A DNA stretch of 64,000 nt from Octopus vulgaris. Its lineage: Eukaryota. The stretch lies in assembly GCA_951406725.2 (NCBI GenBank), contig OX597816.1, positions 20,646,001 through 20,710,000 of the forward strand. The letters are read 5' to 3'. Positions 24,871-37,959 of this stretch are shown in pieces (position 1 is the first letter of the stretch; each line of letters begins with the position of its first letter). The position numbers and the translations under genes are program-made. Below the pieces are notes generated by a model. That model had not been told where the DNA came from. It ran no database searches and saw only the letters and a list, made by a program, of their open reading frames with translations.

Positions 24871-25770
24871 ATATAGGAATAAATATTATTTCTTTAAAGG
24901 GAGAAGCAAATGTAAGAGTCCCACATAACAGCTTGAGCCACTAAAGTTAGCAGCAAAACACCTAAACATGACATCCTGACATCCGATAAGGTAGAAGGAC
25001 ATAAGAAATAATGTAAATCTAGACACTCCTAAAAAGATGAAATGCTGTCTTCTGAAATGTTTTTGATTATAGTTCTGCTCAATCAGGGTTGATGTTAGAC
25101 TAACAACAACAACAACAACAACAACATCAACAACTTGGTTAAAATTTACCACAGTAAAGAAAGTAGTAAGTAGAAATACTTAAGCATAACTTTGAATCGA
25201 CAGACTCTCTTATGATTTCCAAATATATTTGCTTGTTTGTATGGTTACTGAAGTGCTGTAAACCAGATATAGTTTGTTATTATCTGAAGTGTTTTGGATT
25301 AAATATATTGTTAACATATTTCTAATGGAAATAAACTGCTTAGATATTTCAGTCAATAGCTGAGTGGTTAAAACGTTGGCATTCATTACCATGTCTTATA
25401 TTCAGTTTGTCTGTGTGGCACCTTCAGCAAGTGTCTTCTATGATAACCTTAGGCCAACCAATGCCTTATGAAAAGAATTGATATGCAAAATCTTTATGGA
25501 AGCTTTTCTGTGGAGATGGGATACTGAGGCAGAGATAAAACAGCACTGGAGAGAAGCAGGAAAGATAGCACAGAATTGAGAACAGTGGAAAAAATATTAA
25601 CCAATGACCTATACCTAGGTTTAACAAAACTGAACTAGTTTAAACCAGCATAGAAAAATATATACAAAATGAAAGAATGGACAATCAGAGAATCTGGAAA
25701 GAATTTAGTGAAATATCTCATTTTAACATTACTGAGTTGGTTTTAAGGTTCTAAAATAAGTCTGTAATAA

Positions 25771-26800
25771 TCATCATCATCATCATCATCATCGTTTAAT
25801 GTCCGCTTTCCATGCTAGCATGGGCTGGATGATTTGACAGATCTGGCGAACCAGACTCCAATCTGATCTGGCAGAGTTTCTGCGGCTGGATGCCCTTCCA
25901 AATGCCAACCACTCCGAGAGTGTAGTGGGTGCTTTTACGTGCCACCGGCACGAGGGCCAGCTTGGTGGTACTGGCAACAGCCACGCTCAAATGGTGCTTT
26001 CTATGTGCTCAAATGGTGCTTTCTATGTGCCACCTGCACAGGAGCCAGTCCAGCAGCACTGGCAACAACCTTGCCTGAATGTTCTTTCATGTGCCACCAG
26101 CACAAGTGCTAGTAAGGTGATGCAGGTAACGATCATGCTCGAATGGTGTTTTTAACATGCCATCGGCACGAAGGCCAGCTTGTTGCTTTGGCAACCATCT
26201 CACTCGTATGGTACTCTTGGCAACGATCTCACTCATATGTTTCAATAATATTACATTGAAACAAGAGGTGTTTTTGATCACCTCTAATTTATTGAGCTAG
26301 TCTTGGTCTAAAGCATATTGGTGTCAAAAGGGTTAACCCATTTCACACTAATGCTGTACAGATATTGAAAATAATATGAACTCTTTTGTAAAACAATTTA
26401 CAATGACCTTAGGTCATTGCCAGTACCGAAGATTCGAGCGAGATCATTGCCAGTGCCGCCTGACTGGCTCCCATGCCATGGCACGTAAAAGGGCACCATT
26501 CAAGCGTGATCGTTACCAACGTTACCTTACTGGCACCTGTACCGGTGGCATGTGTAAAAAGATTCAAGCAAAGTCATTGCCAATACCGCCTGATTGCCCC
26601 CCCCCCCATGCCGGTGGTGTGTAAAAAGCACCCACTACACTGGTTGGCATTAGGAAGGGCATCGAGCTGTTGAAAGTCTGCCAGATCAAGATTGGAGCCT
26701 GTTACAGCCATCTGGTTCACCAGCCCTCAGTCAAACTGGTCCAATCCATGCCAGCATGGAAAGCGGACGTTAAACGATGACGATGAGGAGGATGATGATG
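25771..26800. mobile_element. Two divergently oriented family B elements (25771-26240 -, 26412-26800 +)
   Basis: (GAT)n tails face outward; internal repeats. Confidence 0.8.
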
Positions 26801-27941
26801 TTGTGATGTATGATTAAACACAAAGTTCTTCAAAGTGACTGAATGCACACATATTTTTGTTAGGCTGACACACTGAGCAGAAAAAGAACTTCCCTTTCAT
26901 TTTTCCAGAACATTCATGATATTAATTCTCCTCTCTAAGAACTGATTTATGTAAACTTGGAGTGCTTTTCTGTAACTTCTTCGGTATATATTAATCTAAT
27001 TACATTAGCATACATTTGTTCAAAAATATTTGTCCAAAAGTGCTGGCTGTTTTATGCATCTTCAAATATTTTTTTTCATTACTTCAGGTTAAAGTATTTT
27101 ATTTCTTTCTTAAATCTTTATATTGTTTCAGAAGAAGCATGGCAGTAAATAAAACACAATAAATAAAATATTTCGAAAAAAAAAATTAAAAAAATAAAAT
27201 CAATATTTCAAAAAGAACTGATGAAAAATATTCCTTTTTATTACGTGCTGAATTGTCAAAGAATGCTGCAACTAGGGCATCTGATTTGATGTCTGTTCAA
27301 TAACCTAACTACAGCAAATATTTGAGTTGCCTACAGAAATTTCATGTACTTTTGAAAAGTTTATTCCAAATCTCTATGGATTTATTTGCGAAATATAAAA
27401 CATAAAAAACTACATAATATATAAGCCACCATGTGTCACAAATAATTTCTTTCCATTTTCTTATATTTCAGCGTAAAGATTTCATTGACAAAATTAGCAT
27501 AAAACATTCAATGCTTCTGAGATGCAACATGAACATAAGTGTGCCATTTTATTACAGTTTCATTGAGTATCTTTGAGAAGTTACATCTTTGTTTCTATGC
27601 TAATTATGAAGAAATCTAAATCTGGTAAATTATATCATGTACCTAATCTAGTGAGTTCTGGAGAATTTTAAGTCTATTCTTTTCTTATACAAATTAATGT
27701 CATGCATAGGTATGGCTGTGGCATATAGAAGTTTGCATAGTAGCTACATGGTTTGGTATTGTTTTCAGTTCTTTTGTGTGGTATCTTTTTGAAATGTTTA
27801 TAACCATAGCTCTTGACTAACCAATGGTTTGTGAGTGGAATTCATTGGCAAAAACTATGCAGAAGCCTGGTAGAAGTATGTGTTTGTATCTGTGTGAGTG
27901 AATATATATGTGTACAGATATATATATATATATATATATAT

Positions 27942-28180
27942 GCACCAATCCGACCGTGGCCGATGCCAGCCTCGCCTGGCACCAGTGCAGGTGGCATGTA
28001 AAAAGCACCCACTACACTCACGGAGTGGTTGGCGTTAGGAAGGGCATCCAGCTGTAGAAATGTTGCCAGATAAGACCGGAGCCTGGTGCAGCCTTCTGGC
28101 TTCCCAGATCCCCGGTCGAACCGTCCAACCCATGCTAGCATGGAGAACGGACGTTAAACGATGATGATGATGATGATGAT
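27942..28180 (+). mobile_element. Family B element, 3' part
   Basis: Conserved 3' end with (GAT)n. Confidence 0.85.
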
Positions 28181-28407
28181 ATATATATATATAAGAGATA
28201 ATGGTGTCATTGAGACCCAAAGGTGTCAGGTAATGCTGAATAAGTGCTATAGACAGACTATAGTTAAGTTCCAGATTCAGTAATATTGCGAATAAAGGGT
28301 TCAACATTGGTTCTATGTCAGCGTGTGTATATATGAATTTTTGTGTAATAAGATAAAAAACTAAGGCTGTATAGATATTACTATGACTTAATTTTTCCTC
28401 TCACACC

Positions 28408-28459
28408 GTCTCTGATGAAGGGATATTATTAATTAATATCCTAGAAACAGCTGTAAGAC
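28408..28459 (+). ncRNA. Minimal type I hammerhead ribozyme
   Basis: GTCT CTGATGA a GGGATATTA-loop-TAATATCCT a GAAAC AGCT GTA AGAC: intact core, 9-bp stem II, palindromic stem III, GUA site; inside an inverted repeat (28337-28380 vs 28478-28522). Confidence 0.85.
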
Positions 28460-28535
28460 CATCTATCTATAAATGCTCTAATATCTATACAGCCTTGGTT
28501 TTTTATCTTATGCAAAAAATTCTTATATATATATA

Positions 28536-29045
28536 CTAGCAGTATCGCCCGGCGTTGCTCAGGTTTGTAAGGGAAATAATTATATAAGCATTTTTAGAGA
28601 GTTACTTCCCTTATAGATGCCAATTCGGGCTTTCTTAGCCATTTCTGTTTTGGTGTCTTCAAGCCATGAAGTCGTTGTTCTAAAAGAATGCTGGTCTCCT
28701 TGACAACGCATTACGATGTTGATTTCTTTACACTCCCTTCCCCACAGCTTCACGAGGGAGGGAAGGGGGAGAAGCAAACAGGTGCAGCTGTGAGCGTGGA
28801 CGCCAACTCCGCCACCATCGACACACGAAAAATTATGCATTAAAATGGAATAAAAAATGATGTTAAATTATTTTTAAAATCGTAGACTCATCGTAGACGC
28901 GTGCTAATACTCAGACGGGCTCGATATTAATCACGACTATAAGATACCCAAATTTGGTTAAACTGCACCGCAAAATGTGGGAGGAGTTAGGAATCTAAAT
29001 CGAAGGGGACAGACACTCACACAACTAGAGTTTTATATATATAGA
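28536..29045 (-). mobile_element. Non-autonomous Helitron, subfamily 2
   Basis: CTAG end with hairpin; shares both ends with 21294-21690. Confidence 0.8.
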
Positions 29046-29079
29046 TATGTGTGTGCGTAAATATATGATGGACAGTCCC

Positions 29080-30122
29080 TTTGAAGACGACACATGAGCA
29101 TTCAGCTTTTGCTGATCAAACTGGACAAATGATTTGTTTATAGTGATCGAAGCTTGTGCCACACTTTAGCTCCGTCTCTTTATCAAATCGACGTTGCCTG
29201 AACAGGTTCACATGCATCAGGTGTCAAAGTGATTGCAGAAAAAAATGAGATGAACTATTTTGCTCAAGAACACAGCACCACACCTGGTCTAAGAATTGAA
29301 CTCACGATTGCTAGATAGTGAGGGCAACACCCTAAACACTAGGCCATGTGCCCTCATCATTATGATGATGATGATGATGATCATCATCATCATTGTTTAA
29401 CATCCACTTTCCATGCTGGCATGAGTTGGACGGTTTGACTGGGGACTGGCAAACCAGGAGGCTGCACCAGGCTCCAATCTGATCTGGCAAGGTTTCTACA
29501 ACTGAATGCTTTTTCTAACAGTAACTACTCTGAGAATGTAGTGGGTTCTTTTTATGTGCCACCAGCACAAGGGCCAGCCAGGTGGCACTGGCATCAACCA
29601 TGCTCGAATGGTGTTTTTTATGTGCCACTAGCATGGGAGTCAGTTAGGTGGTACTGGCATCGTCCACGCTTGAATGCTGCTTTTTACATGCAACTAGCAC
29701 AGGTGCTAGTCAAGTGGCCCTCGCATCAGCCACTACTACGATTTCACTTGACTCAACAGGTTTTCTCATGTACAGCATATTGCCCGATGATCAAAGAGTT
29801 CTTTTAAACAGGCCAGTTATGTGACACAGACATCAGCCATGGTCACAATCTCATTTTGATCCGACCTTGTATATTTAAAAAACAAAGAAAAAATATCCAC
29901 CAGTATTATTCTTTTCTATTCTTAGCACAAAGCCCAAAATTTTAGGGTGGGGGAAGCCAATTAGATCAACCCCAGTATGCAACTTGTGCTTAATTTATCG
30001 ACCCTGAAAGGATAAAAGGCAAAGTCAACCTCAGCAGAATTTGAACTCAGAACATAAAAACGGACGAAATACTGTTAAGCATTTTGCCTAGCGTGCTAAC
30101 ATTTCTGCTAGCTTGCTGCCTC
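29080..30122 (-). mobile_element. Old family E SINE (29080-29355), family B (29375-29860) and SINE D (29905-30122)
   Basis: Match to other copies. Confidence 0.75.
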
Positions 30123-30574
30123 ATTCAGCAGTATTATTGTAAGATATTGCTAGGATCAAAACTGAGAGGAACATTGAACTGAGAAAAGAAAGTAGCAAAC
30201 TTTGGTGTTTATTTTTTATACTAGGTACAACTTTTTTTTACTATTATTATCGTATTCATCTTTCTTGTGTGTTAATTTTTTCTAATGAAATCCGATAAAT
30301 CAATATCAGATTATTAATTCAGTGTTTGAAGTAATTTTTATTTATTTATATTTTATTTTATTTATTTGAATTTTTGTATTTTTTATATTTATGATAAAAA
30401 GTTAAATTCAAAGAAACCACTGAATCAACCTCCTCCTTCTCTCTCCCTTTCTCTCTCTCCTCTCTCTCTCTCTCTGACTCTCTTTATGCTTGTGTGGTTC
30501 TGTGTGTGTGTGTGTGTGTGTGATCATAAGAAAGGTAGTGGCGTTGTTAATAGTGGTGGTGGTGGTGGTGGTAG

Positions 30575-30592
30575 TGATGATGATGATGATTG

Positions 30593-30648
<56 letters not shown>

Positions 30649-30658
30649 GTGATGATTG

Positions 30659-30690
<32 letters not shown>

Positions 30691-30742
30691 GTGTTGATGA
30701 TGATTGTGATGATGATGATGATTATGATGATGGTGATGATTG

Positions 30743-30801
<59 letters not shown>

Positions 30802-30811
30802 GTGATGATTG

Positions 30812-30846
<35 letters not shown>

Positions 30847-30862
30847 GTGTTGATGATGATTG

Positions 30863-30894
<32 letters not shown>

Positions 30895-31005
30895 GTGATG
30901 ATGGTGATGATTGTGATGGTGATGATGATGATGATGATGATGATGATGGTGTTGATGATGATTGTGATGATGATGATGGTGATGATTGTGATGATGATGA
31001 TGATT

Positions 31006-31038
<33 letters not shown>

Positions 31039-31085
31039 GTGCTGATGATGATTGTGATGATAATGATGGACATTATGATGATGGT
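30575..31085. repeat. Compound (GAT)n microsatellite with higher-order variant pattern
   Basis: GAT runs punctuated by recurring GGT-GAT-GAT-TGT and GGT-GTT blocks. Confidence 0.95.
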
Positions 31086-31397
31086 TGTGGTGGAAACATT
31101 TCAATGAAAGTCACAATTACAAGAATTGTATTTCTTTGGATTTCAGACACATACATTAATGAACGTAATCTGAAGAATTCATTGTGAATAATGGTCTGTG
31201 GCAGTTAATTAATTTAGTAATGAGGTAAAAATGAAAGAAAGAAATCGAAGTACCTTGGTGTGTTGTGAGAGAAAATATTCAATGTTTTCCGTTGAGCCTT
31301 TCAGTAGAGGAAAATGCTAATTACCAAATGAAGGGATCTGTCCAAGACAAATGCTTCTTCTCATGGCTCACAGACAAATTACTAATGAGCCAAAGCA

Positions 31398-31452
<55 letters not shown>

Positions 31453-31651
31453 TGGTTTGATCTGCTAGAAATAGCAACAAAACATCTTTTATTTCTTACC
31501 CTAGCCATCATCACCAGCATCATAATCATCATCATCATCATCGTCATCATCATCGTCATCATCGTCATCATCATCGTTATCATCATCATCATCATCATCA
31601 TCATCATTATCATCGTTATCATCGTCGTCATCATCATCATCATCGCCATCG

Positions 31652-31688
<37 letters not shown>

Positions 31689-32064
31689 TGTTTAATGTTT
31701 GCTGGCTATGCTGGCATGGGTTTGATGGTTTGAGCAGGGATGGCCAGCTGAAGGGCTGCACCAGACTCCAGTCTGATTTGACATGGTTTCTATGGCTAGA
31801 TACCCTTCCTAACACCAACCCCTTTACAGCGTGTGCTGGGCACTTTTACATGACACCATATTGATGCCTGCTGCGTGACACCAATATCTGCCATGACTGT
31901 GATTTCACTTTACTTGATGGATCTTGTTCTCAAGCACGACTTATTGCCAAAGTCCTTGAGCATTTGTCATTGCCTCCATGCAGCCCAATGCTCAAAAGGT
32001 GCTTTTTACATGCCACCAGCATGTAAAATATACATAGTGGATTGATATAGTTTTATCCTTAAAA

Positions 32065-32463
32065 CTAGCAGTATTGCCCGGAGTTGCTCGGGTTTGTTTT
32101 CGACCCTTTAGCATTAGAATTTTTGAAAAGTAAAAACTTTGCATTATGTAGCTTGTTATTCTCTTTAAGGGAACAGTTTTTTGGTTGAAATACACCGAAA
32201 AATGGCGACACAGCAGTCAAAAAATCGTAAAAAATAGGGATTGTCATAGAAAAAAAGCACCTTTTTGATGTAAATAATTTTTGGTGTTAACATGGTCCGA
32301 TTTGAATTTTTTCTTCTAAGGAAGGAAGAGCAAGCCTTCTTCTATCATTCTCTCAATTTTGGTCAACTTGTGCCACAGGATCTCGTAGGAAATAGTGTTA
32401 GTTGAAGGCTACCAAACATGCTACACACACACACAGACAACTTCAGCTTTATATAGAGAGAGA
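32065..32463 (-). mobile_element. Non-autonomous Helitron, subfamily 1
   Basis: Reverse-complement match to 2320-2710. Confidence 0.8.
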
Positions 32464-32739
32464 TAAGATAAGGTGAGCAAATTATAGTTGAATTGCCTTT
32501 AATCATGGATCTGTTCAATCAGGGCTGACTTGGCACTAATCAACATCCACAAACATGAGATAATAAGGAATGCCAAAAGAACTAAAGAATATAATGTAGA
32601 ATACCAAAGTTTGTCACACAGAAAAAAATTCTTCTTAAGTTTGTTTGATAGGGTTGATTTTCAAACGATATCCAGTTTGTTTAGGGCTGACCATGGTTTG
32701 GCTCCCTGAGTTTTTACAGCCTTTTCAGATGAGGCTGTC

Positions 32740-32817
32740 TCGGTAGAATCAGTCCTTTTCTATGGAGCAACAGCATGGACGCTTACCAAAAAACTGGAAT
32801 CCAAGCCAGATGGAAAT
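32740..32817 (+). pseudogene. RTE-clade reverse transcriptase fragment
   Basis: Reads VESVLFYGATAWTLTKKLESKPDG, typical of the RTE thumb region. Confidence 0.65.
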
Positions 32818-32944
32818 TTATTTATCTTTCTGGATGTGATATCTTTTCTAATGAAATCTGATAAATCAATACCAGGTTATTAATTCAGTGTTTGAAGTAT
32901 TTTTATTTATTTTTTATTTTATTTATTTGTAGTTTTTTATTTAT

Positions 32945-33193
32945 ACTTTTATTCTTTTATTTGTTTCAGTCATTTGACTGCGGCCATGCTGGAGTACCAC
33001 CTTTAGTCGAGCAAATCAACCCCAGGACTTATTCTTTGTAAGCCTAGGACATTTTCTATCGGTCTCTCTTGCCAAACCACTAAGTTATGGTGCTGTAAGC
33101 ACACCAGCATTGGTTGTCAAGTGATGTTGGAGGGGGGGGGGCACAAACACAGACACACAAACATATACATACATATATATATACATACATATG

Positions 33194-33263
<70 letters not shown>

Positions 33264-33820
33264 CACAGGAGTGGCTGTGTGGTAAGTAGCTTGTTTACCA
33301 GCCACATGGTTCCGGGTTCAGTCCCACTGTGTGACACCTTGGGCAAGTGTCTTCTACTATAGCCTCGGGCCGACCAAAGCCTTGTGAGTGGATTTGGTAG
33401 ACGGAACCTGAAAGAAGCCCGTCGTATATATGTATATATATATATGTATGTGTCTGTGTTTGTCCCCCTAGCATTGCTTGAAAACTGATGCTGGTGTGTT
33501 TATGTCCCCGTCACTTAGTGGTACGGCAAAAAGAGACCGATAGAATAAGTACTGAGAATAAGTCCTGGGGTCGAGTTGCTCGATTAAAGGCAGTGCTCCA
33601 GCATGGCCGCAGTCAAATGACTGAAACAAGTAAAAGAGTAAAAGAGTAATATATATATACAACAAGCCTCTTTCAGTTTCCGTCTACCAAATCCACTCAC
33701 AAGGCTTTGGTCAGCCCAAGGCTATAGTAGAAGACATTTGCCCAAGGTGCCACACAGTGGGAATGAAGCCGGAATCATGTGTTTTGTAAGCAAGCTACTT
33801 ACCACACAACCACTCCTGCA
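32945..33820. mobile_element. SINE A (+, 33260-33648) nested in the (TA)n centre of an opposite-strand SINE A
   Basis: Minus-strand tail 32945-33170 and minus-strand head 33660-33820 flank a full plus copy. Confidence 0.85.
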
Positions 33821-34089
33821 CATTATAGAGGTTTTAACATGATGGTTATCCTTAAGCAGAAAGCAAACTATTCAGTGCTAATGCCTGTGTAGAAAATCGA
33901 TACTAAAACAATATTATCCTTAGCTGCTTTGTTACAAAATGGAGTAAAGTAATTGATTGGAATAATTCTGATGAATAATCAATTTCATTCTTTTCTAGAA
34001 ATAACAATGATCCCTTTTGAATAGATTTAAGGGAGAGAAAGAGAGAGAGATGATATGATTCACCCCATAATCTTCTTATATATGTGTTA

Positions 34090-34375
34090 TCGTAGAATTG
34101 TAGTTGTGATCCCTGTGCCGGTGGCATGTAAAAAGCACCATCCAAATGTGGCCGATGCCAGTGCCACCTGGCACATAAAAAGCACCCACTGCACTCACGG
34201 AGTGGTTGGCGTTAGGAAGGGCATCCAGTTGTAGAAACACTGCCAGATCAGACTGGAGCCTGGTGCAGCCTTCTGGCTTCCTAGACCCTGGTCGAACTGT
34301 CCAACCCATGCTAGCATGGAAAATGGACGTTAAACGATGGTGATGATGATGATGATGATGATAATGACGATGATG
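34090..34375 (+). mobile_element. Family B element
   Basis: Conserved 3' end with (GAT)n. Confidence 0.85.
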
Positions 34376-34545
34376 TATAGATCAGTGGTCCAATTTTTAT
34401 ATTTTCTTCTTCCATACTCCCTCATTATATCCAACTGTTTTGATATATCTTATGTGAAGAATTTTCATTCGGTGTTCAAATTATTGCCGAATATAATGCT
34501 TATTTTGTCATGTCTAAGGAGAGTCATTATGTTAATAGATAGATA

Positions 34546-34928
34546 GAAGCACTCCATCGGTTACGACGACAAGGGTTCCGGTTGATCCCAATCAACGGAA
34601 CAGCCTGCTCGTGAAATTAACGTGTAAGTGGCTGAGCACTCCACAGACACATGTTCCCTTAACGTAGTTCTCGGGGATATTCAGCGTGACACAGAGAGTG
34701 ACAAGGCCGGCCCTTTGAAATACAGGTACAACAGAAACAGGAAGTAAGAGTGAGAGACAGTTGTGGTGAAAAAGTACAGCAGGGATCACCACCATCCCCT
34801 GCCGGAGCCTTGTGGAGCTTTAGGTGTTTTCGCTCAATAAACACTCACAACGCCTGGTCTGGGAATCGAAACCGTGATCCTGTGACCGCGGGTCCGCTGC
34901 CCTAACCACTGGGCCATTTCGCCTCCAC
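34546..34928 (-). mobile_element. tRNA-derived SINE family E, well preserved
   Basis: Head TGGCCCAGTGGTTAGGGCAGCGGAC..GGTTTCGATTCCC; CpG-rich. Confidence 0.85.
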
Positions 34929-34944
34929 CGTTATGTTAATATTA

Positions 34945-35535
34945 ACGAGAGCACTCAGAGAGCACAAACCTCCACTAAAGCAACACCAACGTCCTCTCAG
35001 CAATTAGCCAGAGAGGATTTTTAAAATGAGAATATCTGAAATAAACTCGATTGCTCTCGCAAAAGAGAATACTAAAGACAAACCCAACTGTTCTCAAAAA
35101 TTAATTTAAAAATAAAAGAAAAATCAGAAAAATAATCCAGAATCTTTGTCTGGTATCTGATCGATTCCAATGGTAGTCATGGAATGTGGAGGTGGCTGTA
35201 GAAAATTTAGTAACTGTAATAAATAGCTTATCCGTATCTAATACAAGTCAAAGTTAACAAATTCACCATTCAAAATAGTTACAGCCTAAAGGGAGATAAT
35301 TGAGAAAGACTTGAAAGTTAACATAAGATCGTAATCATGTAAAGTAAAGTAAATATAACAAATAATCCCAAATCCTTGTCTTGTACTGGATTGATCCCCA
35401 AATTTAATCACTTTGTGCCAGTGATAAGGACAAACATCTCCGAAAGTTTCATTCGAATCCATCCCCTGGTTCTTGAGATATCTCGTCCACTTACAAACAA
35501 ACAAACACAACTGAAAAACAATACCGCTGCCTTTG
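34945..35535. mobile_element. Non-autonomous DNA element, possibly Crypton/Helentron-like
   Basis: Ends ACGAGAGCACTCAGAGAGCACAAACCTCC and (ACAA)n..AAACATA resemble such elements; recognition only. Confidence 0.35.
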
Positions 35536-35537
35536 CA

Positions 35538-36095
35538 ACACAGGAGAGATGAAAGATTAACTTGCCCCTGATGAGGTGAGGAGCATTAGTTAATTAAATC
35601 TGTCCCCCAGTAATTGTCTGCCTGATTGGTGTCTTATTTTAGAGACACAGGAGAAATGAAAGGTAAACTTGCCCTTTATGAGGTGAGGGGCATTAATTAA
35701 TTAAATCTATCCCCAGTAATTGTCTGCCTGATTGGTATCTTATTTTAGCAACACAGGACAAATGAAAGGTAAACTTGCCCTTGATGAGGTGAGGGGCATT
35801 AGTTAATTAAATCTGTCTCCCAGTAATTGTCTGCCTGATTGGTATCGTATTTTAGCAACACAGGACAAATGAAAGGTAAACTTGCCCTTGATGAGGTGAG
35901 GGGCATTAGTTAATTAAATCTGTCCCCCAGTAATTGTCTGCCTGATTGGTATCTTATTTTAGCAACACAGGACAAATGAAAGGTAAACTTGCCCTTGATG
36001 AGGTGAGGGGCATTAATTAATTAAATCTATCCCCAGTAATTGTCTGCCTGATTGCTATCTAATTTTAGCGACACAGGAGAGATGAAAGGTAAAGC
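35538..36095. repeat. Tandem array of 106-107-bp units (5 full plus a partial unit) derived from a SINE D segment
   Basis: ACACAGG unit starts at 35538, 35645, 35751, 35858, 35965 and 36071. Confidence 0.92.
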
Positions 36096-37064
36096 CGACC
36101 ATAGTGAGGTTTTATTGCAAAACGTTGGGTTCCTGAATGAGGATGATAAGGCATTCGGTCTAAAGCGCTGACAGTTTTGCCAATCGTTGGTTCTTTATTG
36201 AGTCATGAAAAATAAAGTCTATGAGAGAAGAGCTTGGCAACTTGCTCGAAGCAGTGTGAAATAAATAAAGAAATAACGTGGATAGCTTCTTACAACGTGA
36301 GGAGAGAATTAATGATTTATTCATATGGTGACTACGGCTAACTTATAATAGTTTGTGGTTGTTTTCCTCAGTAGAAGAGTGATTCACCTGAATTACATAA
36401 GGAATTAATAAATCTTTTATTCTCTTCTCTCATTGTAAGAAGATTTCCACAGTTCTTTCTGTTTTTCTTTTAAAGTGTCTATGTTGGTGGTGGTGGTGGG
36501 GTGGGGAGATAATTTTTCTCTTATAATCTATTCTAGCAACTAAAATCCTCAAAGATGGCACCACTGCATGGTTTCAGTTCAATGACCGATGCCAAGGAAA
36601 GAATAAGAGAATGAAAATACCAAAAATAGTCGAATGTGTTGCAGCTAGAATAAATTAATAATTCAATATGTTCCACAGATTCGAATGGTTGTTTACGACT
36701 GATCTTGATATTCAAAGGTTTCATCATCCTCATCCTCATCATCATCATCATCATCATCGTCGTCGTTGACATCATTGTTGTTGTTATCATTTTTATCATC
36801 ACCACCATCATTATAATCATCACCGTCATCATCACCACCACCACCACCATCATCATTATCATCATTATCATCATCATCATCATTACCACCATCGTCACCA
36901 TCACTGATGATGAGATTTCAGTTTCTATTTGCTGAGACATAGATGATGAGAGATGAATTGGTCAGTGAAGAGCATCTGTGGACAATTTGATGACATATAA
37001 TGATGAGGTGGAAGAGGAGGATAACAATGACAATGTCAACAATGATGACGACGATAATGATTTT

Positions 37065-37341
37065 TTTCTAAATGTGGCACAAAGCCAGCAATTTTTTTTT
37101 GTTTTTTATTTTAGAGGGGAGGAGGCATATCAATTGCATTGATCCCCCAGTACTTGACTGGTACTTTATTTTACCAATCCTGATGGTTTGAAAGGCAAAG
37201 ATGACCTTGGCGGAATTTGAACTCAGAGTGTAAGGAACTGGAAGGAATGCTGCTAAGCAATTTTCTACCTGTCACGTTAACAATTCTGCCAACTTTCCCA
37301 TCATAATAATAATAATGATGATGATGAGGAGGAGGAGGAGG

Positions 37342-37372
<31 letters not shown>

Positions 37373-37600
37373 AATAACCCTTACTGCTATAGGCACAAGG
37401 CCTGAAATTTTGGAGGAAGGGGGCCAGTCGATTAGATCGACCCTAGAACACATCTGGTACTTAATTTATTGAACCCGAAAGGATGAAAGGCAAAGTCGAA
37501 TATAGTGGAATTTGAACTCAGAACGAAATACCACTAAAAATTTTGCCCGGCATGCTAACAATGTTGCCAGCCCACCAACTTTATAATAATAATAATAATG

Positions 37601-37658
<58 letters not shown>

Positions 37659-37866
37659 TAAAGATAATCCTTTTGTATTACAGGCACACAAGGCCTGAAA
37701 TTTTTGGGGAAGGGGCCAGTCTATTAGATCGACACCTAGTACATAACTGGTGCTTCATCCTGAAAGGATGAAAGGCAAAGTCAAACTCGGTGGAATTTGA
37801 ACTCAGAACGAAATGCCACTAAGCATTTCACCCGGCGTGCTGATGATTCTGCCAGCTCACCAACTT
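37065..37866 (-). mobile_element. Three SINE D copies separated by (AAT)n/(GAT)n
   Basis: Copies at 37065-37300, 37375-37580 and 37668-37866. Confidence 0.8.

Positions 37867-37959
<93 letters not shown>

Noticed and set aside
30366-31187. 273-aa poly-Asp ORF and overlapping poly-Met/His/Ile ORFs
   Set aside because: Translation of a (GAT)n microsatellite, open in several frames on both strands; no complex sequence or splice support.
34850-34928. Possible tRNA gene (likewise 9436-9500 and the SINE A heads)
   Set aside because: A and B boxes are present but there is no complete acceptor stem and the sequence continues into SINE bodies.
35565-35665. CTGATGAG in the tandem unit as a hammerhead core
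   Set aside because: No stem II or correctly placed GAAA and UH, and the motif is not conserved across units.
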